Assembly: GCA_001784555.1 (NCBI GenBank)
Contig: MFRM01000003.1
Location: 188,615-252,614, forward strand
Direction: 5' to 3'
DNA from: Candidatus Melainabacteria bacterium RIFCSPHIGHO2_02_FULL_34_12
GTDB taxonomy: Bacteria > Cyanobacteriota > Vampirovibrionia > 2-02-FULL-35-15
DNA: 64,000 bases
Positions within the stretch are counted from its first letter, which is position 1; each line of letters begins with the position of its first letter. Positions 17,861-25,611 of this stretch are shown one piece after another. The position numbers and the translations under genes were made by a program. Below the pieces are notes generated by a model. The model ran no database searches and was not told the origin of the DNA. It worked only from the letters and a program-made list of their open reading frames with translations.

Positions 17861-18172
17861 AGGGTTTTGCTCTAAAACTTCAGGATCTATCTCCCATAAA
17901 GTAAATCATAAAAAATCCGATGACTAATTTTGTGTGGACAAACTGAATACTTAGATAAGGAGGAATGAAATGAAGATGGTTGTTTTTCTTATGGCTAGGA
18001 AAAACCAATATATCCTGCTCAACAGTTTGTCCATGCTTTATATATAACGCGCTGAATATATAGACCAATCAGCTTAGTAATAAAGTCCAGTTATATTTAA
18101 GATTCTTTCAAAAATTGCATAGCTTTGTGGCATGTAAATAAAGAGGGGTTATCCCATTTATTTATATTCCAC

Positions 18173-20869
18173 ATGAGATATTTACTAAAAAAAATATCTG
18201 TTTATATTGCTTTTACAGCAATGGTATTTTATTTGTTACCCGTTCAAATGCAGGCCCAGATTATCTCCACACAAGCAAATAATTTACAAAGCCAAACTGA
18301 TAATTTAGAACCTCCTGAAGTTATATTGAATGATCAAAAAATTATATTTAATAAAAAGCCCATTCTTGACAGCGAAGGCTGGCTTTTTCCTCTGGAAGAA
18401 ATTGCAGTAAAGCTTCAGGATAAAATAAGCACTGATCTTGTAAATGGAATAATTACAATTCAAAGAAACAGGGATAAATCAATTGTTCAGTTAAACGTAA
18501 AAAACGGAGTGGTTACTGTAAATAACAGACCATTTAGAACTCTTCTTGGATTTAACAGAATACTTCTGGGTGCAGATGCACAAATGGTTCCTACCAGTGC
18601 TCTAGTAATACTTTTAAGACTTACATCAGAAGACAAGGAAGATGGAAAACTAGTCTTAAAAAATACAGTCTTTGACGATATAACTATCTCAAGAACCATT
18701 CAGCCTAAAGCAAGGACAGGATTAAAAGATTTATTAGTAGATTATTTAACTGTAACAAATGGTTTTAACTGGTATAAGACACAGAATTTTATCTCACGCA
18801 GAACTGAAATAAACAGCGGATTTCATAATGATAAATATGCACTTACTTCTGATCTGGTTTTAACAGCAGGAACTGGAGCACCTTTAGTTAATCTATACGG
18901 TGGTAACTTTTCTTTTTACAAAAACAATTCTCCGTTTCAGATACATGTTGGTGACAGACCTTTAAGTCTAATTAAATCACCCCTTCTTGGCGGGATTACC
19001 ATGCGCGGTATACAGATTCAAACTGATGGCAAACTTAAAGACAGCAGATTTGTTTTTAGCTCAGGCTTGCTTCCTACAAACAGTAAAGTTATTGGCAGAA
19101 ATCTTCCATTTGTAAGATATGGAAGATTAGCTGAAATAGCAGAATGGTCGTCTTCCCCAAATAAACCATGGCAATATTCAATTGGTCAGGCAATTTACAC
19201 TGATTTAATTGCTAACCAGCTTATAAGAACTGAACAAAGCGGGGGACTTTTTGCACTTAGTGCTGCAAAGTCAGGGAAATATATTGAAGGTGTTTCAAAT
19301 CTTGCATTAAGCACTGCAAAAGATGAATTATCAGGCAAGGCAGAATCCGGTCCTGGAGCTGATTTACTGGTAAGATTAAAACCAAAAGACTGGTTTAGTA
19401 TTTTTACAAAAGGTGCTTATTATGCCCCAGGATTTTATGCTTTATCAGGAAATCCTTATTACACAAGCAGAAATGAAGCTACATGTGGAATTAATATAAC
19501 TCCGCCAAGATCAAATCTAAGCATCAGTGAGTCTGTTGGACAATATAATTTAAATGCAAAAAGACCAAATGATTATAAAATTACAAATCTTTCATTTTCT
19601 ACAACACCAGTTAAAAATGGTCCGACTCTTATAACCACATATTCAAAAAATGACTCTAAAATAAGTGCGACAAGAGCCATTGATAATATACTTTTCCCTA
19701 TTAATAATTCAAACCTTTCTACTGTAGACCTTGAAACGTTAATTGAAAGAAGGACAAATTCATTTTTTAGAACCAGCTTAATAAAGAGCTGGCGAACTGT
19801 AAATTTCACTTCCAGTTTTAATTATTTTACTTTTAGTCAGGACAACCCGTTAAGAGCTCCAATTCTTGGCAGTAAAGCCGTAAACACTTTCTGGACATAT
19901 GATTTTAATATAAACAAATATTTAAACAGATACACAGGATTACAAACTTATTTTCAAGGAAGTGAATTATATAAACAAGTCAGATTTGGTTTAAATCTTG
20001 GACCAGTTTTAAATAACAAACTAAGCTTTCAGGTTCAAACCGGTGCATTGCTTCATCCTGATTCAAATCCTACAGGAATTTACAGCTTAAACTTAAATTA
20101 TCAGGTAAACAAGAAAAATCAGTTTAGTTTAAGCCTTGATAAGACTGCTTACCAGACAAATTTATCCACGCTCTGGCAATATAATCTAAGACCAACCAGA
20201 GGCGGTTCTCTTTCTAGAATTGGGGAGGAACAATCTATAGGCAGAATTCACGGAAGAGTTCTTGTTCTGGAAGAACCTAAAAAACAACAACCCGACCCGA
20301 ATAAAATACTTTTACCTGGACTAAGCAGGGAAAGAGGAATTGCAAACATAAGAATTCATCTGGGGAATTACACTATTGCTACTGATGAAACTGGCAGATT
20401 TGAATTCCCAAGTCTGACACCTGGTATTCATACACTGAGAGTTGAATATTCTGATCTACCTTCATATTTGACTTCAATTACACCAGAAACTGTGGACGTA
20501 AAAGTAGAACCAGCAAAAGAAACAAACTATAGTTTTGTGCTTGCTTATTTTGGATCAGTAAACGGAAAACTCCTTTTAGCCAATGAACCTCCCCTTACCC
20601 TTGAAGAAGAACCAGAGCTTCAGGATATAAGAGTATATCTGGAAGGTACTGAGTTTGAAACACTTACAAATTTAGACGGCAGTTTTGAACTGGGAGATGT
20701 AAAACCTGGTAAATATAAACTTAAGGTAGATCCTGATTTTCTACCAGAAGCACTTGCAATTACTGAACAAGAAATTGAAATAAAAGTAGACGCAAAAGGG
20801 AAAGTTGAAAATATACAGTTGCCTATAAAATATAAAGAAAAAGAAAAACAAATTAAAGAGTTTAATTAA
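18173..20869 (+). CDS. Usher-like outer-membrane protein (N-terminal stalk-like domain, central beta-barrel-like region, two C-terminal CarboxypepD_reg-like beta-sandwiches)
   Basis: ORF 18125..20869. The ATG at 18173 gives the signal peptide 'MRYLLKKISVYIAFTAMVFYLLPVQMQAQ'. N-terminal 'VILNDQKIIFNKKPILDSEGWLFPLEEIAVKL' resembles copper-amine-oxidase-N-like domains. About 500 aa carry alternating-hydrophobic strands ('FSLSLDKTAYQTNLSTLWQYNL', 'YSLNLNYQV'). The C-terminus has 'GRIHGRVLV...TDETGRFEFPSLTPGIHTLRV' and 'GSVNGKLLL...TNLDGSFELGDVKPGKYKLKV'. Confidence 0.65.
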   Translation: MRYLLKKISVYIAFTAMVFYLLPVQMQAQIISTQANNLQSQTDNLEPPEVILNDQKIIFNKKPILDSEGWLFPLEEIAVKLQDKISTDLVNGIITIQRNRDKSIVQLNVKNGVVTVNNRPFRTLLGFNRILLGADAQMVPTSALVILLRLTSEDKEDGKLVLKNTVFDDITISRTIQPKARTGLKDLLVDYLTVTNGFNWYKTQNFISRRTEINSGFHNDKYALTSDLVLTAGTGAPLVNLYGGNFSFYKNNSPFQIHVGDRPLSLIKSPLLGGITMRGIQIQTDGKLKDSRFVFSSGLLPTNSKVIGRNLPFVRYGRLAEIAEWSSSPNKPWQYSIGQAIYTDLIANQLIRTEQSGGLFALSAAKSGKYIEGVSNLALSTAKDELSGKAESGPGADLLVRLKPKDWFSIFTKGAYYAPGFYALSGNPYYTSRNEATCGINITPPRSNLSISESVGQYNLNAKRPNDYKITNLSFSTTPVKNGPTLITTYSKNDSKISATRAIDNILFPINNSNLSTVDLETLIERRTNSFFRTSLIKSWRTVNFTSSFNYFTFSQDNPLRAPILGSKAVNTFWTYDFNINKYLNRYTGLQTYFQGSELYKQVRFGLNLGPVLNNKLSFQVQTGALLHPDSNPTGIYSLNLNYQVNKKNQFSLSLDKTAYQTNLSTLWQYNLRPTRGGSLSRIGEEQSIGRIHGRVLVLEEPKKQQPDPNKILLPGLSRERGIANIRIHLGNYTIATDETGRFEFPSLTPGIHTLRVEYSDLPSYLTSITPETVDVKVEPAKETNYSFVLAYFGSVNGKLLLANEPPLTLEEEPELQDIRVYLEGTEFETLTNLDGSFELGDVKPGKYKLKVDPDFLPEALAITEQEIEIKVDAKGKVENIQLPIKYKEKEKQIKEFN

Positions 20870-21010
20870 AAGTACCAGGACAAAAATCTCAACTTTTTAG
20901 TACATATATCCCTAAATTATTCAGTCTAGGAAACAGATACCGATACCTAGACCAGATAACCGATGGGCGGTTTAGTAATAATCGAAAAGTAGTTACAAAA
21001 GGAGATTTTT

Positions 21011-21607
21011 ATGAATAAAAAATTACAGGGAATATTTTTGATTTTGCTTCTAATTGGAAGCATTGCATATTGTCCAAGTGTTGATGCAGCTGCAACAGTT
21101 CCGTTATCAATAACTGTTAACGGGTCACTTGTTATCACAGCTGCTGATGATGACACAATGTCAGGAAAAGACCCAACAAGAGCTGTTACTATTAATTTGA
21201 CACCTGATATTGGTCATACTCTGCAAAGCGGCAGTGCTAATTTCCGAATAAGAACAAACCGCACTAATTGGAGATTTACAGCTCAAAGAACAGCTTCAGA
21301 TGCAGGTGGAACAGGAATTGCTGATGCTGATATTTTAGTTGATATTGCAAAATCTGCAGGGACCAGTGCTAATTTAAACGCAGGTGCTTTAGTGGCTCCA
21401 TTTACTGCTCAAACTAATTTATCCAGTATTTCAACCACTGCTGCAGTAGATGTTATTAGCGGAACAGCAAAAACATCATCTGCAAAAGACAACAGTAATA
21501 CTAATAACTGGTTTCAGGTAGGTACAACCTACAGCATACAACCTGACTTCTTTTATGCTCCAGGAACATTTAGTTCGACTATCACATATAACCTGGTATC
21601 ACCATAA
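21011..21607 (+). CDS. Secreted WxL-like fibre/surface subunit, paralogue 2
   Basis: AAAGGAG then ATG. Signal peptide. 'ATVPLSITVNGSLVIT', 'NFRIRTNRTNWRFTAQRTAS', 'NLNAGALVAPF', 'DFFYAPGTFSSTITYNLVSP'. Confidence 0.75.
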   Translation: MNKKLQGIFLILLLIGSIAYCPSVDAAATVPLSITVNGSLVITAADDDTMSGKDPTRAVTINLTPDIGHTLQSGSANFRIRTNRTNWRFTAQRTASDAGGTGIADADILVDIAKSAGTSANLNAGALVAPFTAQTNLSSISTTAAVDVISGTAKTSSAKDNSNTNNWFQVGTTYSIQPDFFYAPGTFSSTITYNLVSP

Positions 21608-21637
21608 CAGCAATTTGCCAATTTGCTATTTTGCTGT

Positions 21638-21666
21638 GAAGAGGCGTCTCGACGAGGCGCCTCTTC
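21638..21666 (+). terminator. GC-rich hairpin after paralogue 2 (GAAGAGGCG...CGCCTCTTC)
   Basis: 9-bp perfect stem with an 11-nt loop, 30 nt after the stop codon. T-rich sequence follows. Confidence 0.45.
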
Positions 21667-21808
21667 ATCTTTATTGGATATTTATTCCTAAACCATTTTT
21701 ACGATCTTGGATTTTCTGGTACATTACTACCACTATTACAAAATAAACATAACTATTTCAGGGCAAGAATATCTTAGCAAAAGATATTCTTGGAGAGAAA
21801 TAATAAAA

Positions 21809-22408
21809 ATGAAAAAATGGATCTACTGTTTGATCTTAATTGTCACATTAATTATTATTTCTTTGCCATCTAAAACATTTTCCCAAACCGCAACAGTACC
21901 TATAAACATTACAGTAAACGGAACACTTACTATTTCAGATGCTAATAACGATGCAAGCGGAGGGAAGAACCCGAATTTAACCGTCAATTTAACTCTGACT
22001 CCTGATCTTGGAGGACCTGCTGCAATAGGTGCTGCAAATTTCAGAATTCGTACAAATAGATCCAGCTGGAAACTTACTGCACAAAGAACCACAGAAAACG
22101 ACAATGGGCCAACAAACATTTTAGCCATGGATGTAATAGTCGGGATTTCAACAATGGTTGGCTTAAATGCAAATCCAAATGCAGGAGTTCTTGTAGCACC
22201 GTTTAACGCTGCAACTGATCTTAGTCAGGTTTCTACATCTGTTCCAGTTACAGTAATTGAAGGTAAATCAAAAACATCAACACAAAGAGACAGCACAAAC
22301 CTAAACAATTTCTTTGAAGTAAACACTGTTTATGGCATTGCTTCAGACTTTTACTATCAACCAGGCACATGGAGTACAACTATTACTTACAGTCTGGTTA
22401 GCCCATAA
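21809..22408 (+). CDS. Secreted WxL-like fibre/surface subunit, paralogue 3
   Basis: ORF 21707..22408. The ATG at 21809 follows GGAGAG and gives the signal peptide 'MKKWIYCLILIVTLIIISLPSKTFSQ'. 'ATVPINITVNGTLTIS', 'NFRIRTNRSSWKLTAQRT', 'NPNAGVLVAPF', 'DFYYQPGTWSTTITYSLVSP'. Confidence 0.75.
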   Translation: MKKWIYCLILIVTLIIISLPSKTFSQTATVPINITVNGTLTISDANNDASGGKNPNLTVNLTLTPDLGGPAAIGAANFRIRTNRSSWKLTAQRTTENDNGPTNILAMDVIVGISTMVGLNANPNAGVLVAPFNAATDLSQVSTSVPVTVIEGKSKTSTQRDSTNLNNFFEVNTVYGIASDFYYQPGTWSTTITYSLVSP

Positions 22409-22454
22409 GAGAACGTATCGGAGTGTCGGAGTAACGGCGTATCGGCGAGAGAAC
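22409..22454 (+). repeat. Octanucleotide array (GAGAAC|GTATCGGA|GTGTCGGA|GTAACGGC|GTATCGGC|GAGAGAAC)
   Basis: Period-8 GC-rich units starting at the base after the stop codon of paralogue 3. Confidence 0.8.
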
Positions 22455-22719
22455 AAGAAAAACATAATGGCAAAAGAATAAAAGCAAGTGCTTTTGAATT
22501 CTCTTGCATTATGAAATACGCCGATATGCCAATATTTAAGACAGCCCTACTGGTTATCATCAGACTTTATATTTTCTTCTTAACAATTAATGGTTACTAC
22601 TGCTTTTGTCTGCTAGAAGGCTTGAATTTACTGGCTTTTTTACGATATAGTATATTAGAACTAGTCTGACTAAGCGATGAGTCAGCCTTGTTTCCTAGCC
22701 AATAATCATCCTTCATTTC

Positions 22720-23331
22720 ATGACTCAAAAAAACACAATAAGTGTATTAGTACTGGTTTTTCTTATTTGCACATACCTTTATGGTACAAGCAACCTAAGT
22801 GCAAAATCAAATCAGGCAACAGTTCCAATTAATATAACAGTTCAAGGAAAGCTGGTTTTAACTGATTCAGTAAACGATAACAAATCAGGTGAAAATCCTA
22901 CCTTAAATGTTTTCTTAAAGCTTACGCCGGACATAAATAATTCAATAGTATCTGGCAATTCAGCAATAAGAATAAGATCAAATTTAAACAGCTGGAAACT
23001 TACAGCTCAAAGAAGTGATCAAAATAATTCTTTAGTAAATATTGATCCTAAAGATATCTCAATCACTTTTTCAACACAAGCAGGAGCAAATGCAGATCCA
23101 AATGCCGGAAAATTAGTTTCTCCATTTAATAAAACTGCTGACTTAAGTCAAATTTCTATTAATTCTCCCTTAGACTTAGTAATAGGAAACAGTAAAACCT
23201 CTCTTACAAGAGATTCACAGAATAAAAACAACTGGTTTCAGCTTACATCCAGTTACAGCATTTCACCGGACTTCTTTTATGAAATCGGGGAATGGGGCAC
23301 AACTGTTAGTTATAATCTCGTAAGTCCATAA
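22720..23331 (+). CDS. Secreted WxL-like fibre/surface subunit, paralogue 4
   Basis: 203 aa. Hydrophobic N-terminus. 'ATVPINITVQGKLVLT', 'AIRIRSNLNSWKLTAQRS', 'DPNAGKLVSPF', 'DFFYEIGEWGTTVSYNLVSP'. Confidence 0.7.
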   Translation: MTQKNTISVLVLVFLICTYLYGTSNLSAKSNQATVPINITVQGKLVLTDSVNDNKSGENPTLNVFLKLTPDINNSIVSGNSAIRIRSNLNSWKLTAQRSDQNNSLVNIDPKDISITFSTQAGANADPNAGKLVSPFNKTADLSQISINSPLDLVIGNSKTSLTRDSQNKNNWFQLTSSYSISPDFFYEIGEWGTTVSYNLVSP

Positions 23332-23380
23332 GAGAACGGATCGGCGAGCCGGCGATGGGGCGATTCGCCGGTTCGTTTTC
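23332..23380 (+). repeat. Octanucleotide array (GAGAAC|GGATCGGC|GAGCCGGC|GATGGGGC|GATTCGCC|GGTTCGTT)
   Basis: Starts at the base after the stop of paralogue 4. Can also fold: GAGCCGGCGA pairs with TCGCCGGTTC. Confidence 0.8.
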
Positions 23381-23405
23381 TTATGCTATATTTTACTTTG
23401 AGTAT

Positions 23406-23957
23406 ATGAGAACTAAATTAGTGGTATTTTTTCTTTTACTTACCATTCTACAGATGAATCTTAATTCTGCATTTGCCTGCTTTTCAATTACAGATGATTT
23501 AAATTTCCCAAATCCGGTATTAAATGCTAATTTCAGTCTTCTTCCTGACATTAGTCCATTTACAGACTGCTGGAACGGGACTATTAGAATAAGAAGCAAT
23601 AAGAACGGATGGAGATTAGTTGCAAGCCGGTCAGGTCCAGATCCGATAAATGTTTCCGGTGACAGCAAAGATAATATAAAAGCAGACGATATAACCTTAA
23701 ATTATAAGTTAAAAAGCTTTGGTATGGCTGATCCAAATGGTGCTGTTTTAGTATCCCCTTTTACCAGTGAAACTAATTTATCATATATTCAGAATGGTAC
23801 TTTAATTGTCTCTGGCATTGAAAAATCAGGCGGCAGTTGCTCTTCCACAAATCAAAACTTTTATCAGTTAAAAAAAGATGTTTGTTTATTTCGTGATTTT
23901 GTTTTTAATGTGGGAGAATATAATGGACAAATATCTTATCTTCTGATTGCACCGTAA
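23406..23957 (+). CDS. Divergent Cys-containing WxL-like subunit, paralogue 5
   Basis: ORF 23355..23957. The ATG at 23406 gives the signal peptide 'MRTKLVVFFLLLTILQMNLNSAFA'. Keeps 'TIRIRSNKNGWRLVASRS', 'DPNGAVLVSPF' and 'GEYNGQISYLLIAP'. Lacks the conserved N-terminal 'ATVP.NITVNG' strand and has 5 Cys. Confidence 0.7.
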   Translation: MRTKLVVFFLLLTILQMNLNSAFACFSITDDLNFPNPVLNANFSLLPDISPFTDCWNGTIRIRSNKNGWRLVASRSGPDPINVSGDSKDNIKADDITLNYKLKSFGMADPNGAVLVSPFTSETNLSYIQNGTLIVSGIEKSGGSCSSTNQNFYQLKKDVCLFRDFVFNVGEYNGQISYLLIAP

Positions 23958-24003
23958 TAGAACGTGTCGGCGAACCGGCGTATGGGCGTATCGGCGAAAG
24001 AAC
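23958..24003 (+). repeat. Octanucleotide array (TAGAAC|GTGTCGGC|GAACCGGC|GTATGGGC|GTATCGGC|GAAAGAAC)
   Basis: Starts at the base after the stop of paralogue 5. Confidence 0.8.
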
Positions 24004-24061
24004 AGAAGAAAGAAAGAAACAGCAAAAGGGCAAAAGGTGAAAGGAAAGGAGAAAGAAAAAT

Positions 24062-25024
24062 ATGAATAGAAATAAAATCACAATAAGTTTTATATTTTTC
24101 ATATCTGCTTTGTTTTTATATACTCAAGGTTCTGTATTGGCCTGGACAGTATCTCCAGTCAGATATGAAATAAAAGCTGAAAGAGGGAAAGAATACACTC
24201 TTACTTTTTCAGTACTAAATGAAAGTCAGCTTTATCAAAAAAGATTTGAGATTCATACTGATGACTGGACTATAGATAAAAACAATAATTTTTTAAGAAA
24301 AGCATTTAATAAAGAAGTTAATAATAAATATTCAGCAACTTCATGGGTAAAAGTTACACCACAACAATTTGTAGTCCCTCCAGGCGAAACTAAAAATATT
24401 AGATTTACAATTAGTGTACCTGCAGACATTCCAAGTGAAGGCGAATATTCCAGTGGAATATTTGTAGGAGAAAGAAATATAGAAAAACCTCCAAAAGGAG
24501 AAAAAGTAGTACATATCAAACAAGACACTTTTATAGGTGTGGTTTTATATGTTCGAATTGGCGCAGAAAAAAGGGAAATATCCCTAAAAGATTTAATAGT
24601 TAATTCAGTACCTCTTCCAAACGGAGTAAACAAAGTTATTGTTTCTCCTGTCTATCAAAACACAGGAAATATACATTCAAGAGGACAAATACAAGTAAAG
24701 TTAGAACCTGCAGCTGAGGTAGCTCAGGATAAAGATACAAAAAAAATCGAATTTAAAGGTGGCGAAGCTGTTGTCTTAAGAGAATCTGAGCTTGCCTTTC
24801 CAGTTGAGATACCACAATTACTTCTGGCAAACACTGAGTGGCAATTTACAATAAGCACTGATTTTGGGCATGACATTCCGGTGCTTGTAGGCACAAAAAA
24901 ATATAAAGTACCCTTCATAGAAATTCCTAAAACCACAATAAAAGAAGAAAAGAAAATAAAAGAAGGTAACAAAGCAGAAGATTTGGTTAAAGAAAAACTG
25001 GAACAAAAAAAGAAAAAAAAGTAG
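24062..25024 (+). CDS. Secreted Ig-like chaperone-like / DUF916-like protein
   Basis: 320 aa. Signal peptide. 'WTVSPVRYEIKAERGKEYTLTFSVLNES' and 'SWVKVTPQQFVVPPGETKNIRFTISVPADIPSEGEYSSGIFV' resemble both PapD-type chaperone strands and DUF916 partners of WxL proteins. Lys-rich C-terminal tail, with no TM anchor. Confidence 0.6.
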   Translation: MNRNKITISFIFFISALFLYTQGSVLAWTVSPVRYEIKAERGKEYTLTFSVLNESQLYQKRFEIHTDDWTIDKNNNFLRKAFNKEVNNKYSATSWVKVTPQQFVVPPGETKNIRFTISVPADIPSEGEYSSGIFVGERNIEKPPKGEKVVHIKQDTFIGVVLYVRIGAEKREISLKDLIVNSVPLPNGVNKVIVSPVYQNTGNIHSRGQIQVKLEPAAEVAQDKDTKKIEFKGGEAVVLRESELAFPVEIPQLLLANTEWQFTISTDFGHDIPVLVGTKKYKVPFIEIPKTTIKEEKKIKEGNKAEDLVKEKLEQKKKKK

Positions 25025-25501
25025 TTACACCCAAAGATTTCCAAGATACTCTAAATTTTTAAATCCTTCTTTGTATGCCCTAATAATCTGATCAGCAACA
25101 GGAGGATAAAGAGTGATTTTTTCTAATTCCATAATCGGCAAATAAGCAACATCTGCAAGTATTGGTTCATCCCCGATTTTCAGCTCCCCTCCTAGAACTT
25201 CACCTGTGGCATATATATTAATTATGTGTCTGCTTCGATCCGGCGCAATAGCTTCAGAAAGAAATACAACTTTTCCAAATTTTATGTCGAGGTTTGTTTC
25301 TTCTTTTAATTCTCTGACTGCACATGTAGCAAAATCTTCGCCATATTCAATACGCCCTCCGGGTAAAACCCAGTAATATCGGTTTGCTTTTCTATGCTGT
25401 ACAAGAAGAATCTCTTCTTTTTCGTTGAGTATAATTACTGAAACTCTGAAATTTGGTCTCTGGGTTAAATTTCTTTTACCCCTATAGTTGGGAAAATTCA
25501 T
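25025..25501 (-). CDS. Nudix hydrolase
   Basis: 158 aa. Nudix box 'GGRIEYGEDFATCAVRELKEETNL'. Confidence 0.8.
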   Translation of the reverse strand: MNFPNYRGKRNLTQRPNFRVSVIILNEKEEILLVQHRKANRYYWVLPGGRIEYGEDFATCAVRELKEETNLDIKFGKVVFLSEAIAPDRSRHIINIYATGEVLGGELKIGDEPILADVAYLPIMELEKITLYPPVADQIIRAYKEGFKNLEYLGNLWV

Positions 25502-25611
25502 TTTATAAAACCTATTCTTTAAAACTTTAAGTGCAATCCATTTTGCACTACAAACTGTATATATGATACACGATTAAACAATAAATTTAACTTATAAGTT
25601 AAGATTTTTAT

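Noticed and set aside
21707-21808. N-terminal extension of paralogue 3 (and ORF 21555..21746)
   Set aside because: The extension lacks a signal peptide. The ATG at 21809 follows an RBS and yields a signal peptide homologous to the other paralogues.
23355-23405. N-terminal extension of paralogue 5
   Set aside because: It translates the octamer array ('MGRFAGSFS..'). The ATG at 23406 gives a proper signal peptide.
22409-24003. Octanucleotide arrays as a CRISPR-like array
   Set aside because: The units are contiguous 8-mers with no spacers. Each array has only 4-5 units. No cas genes are in the window.
24724-25044. Minus-strand ORFs at the 3' end of the chaperone-like gene
   Set aside because: They derive from the Lys-rich (AAA/AAG) tail read in antisense (Phe-rich), so they are spurious.
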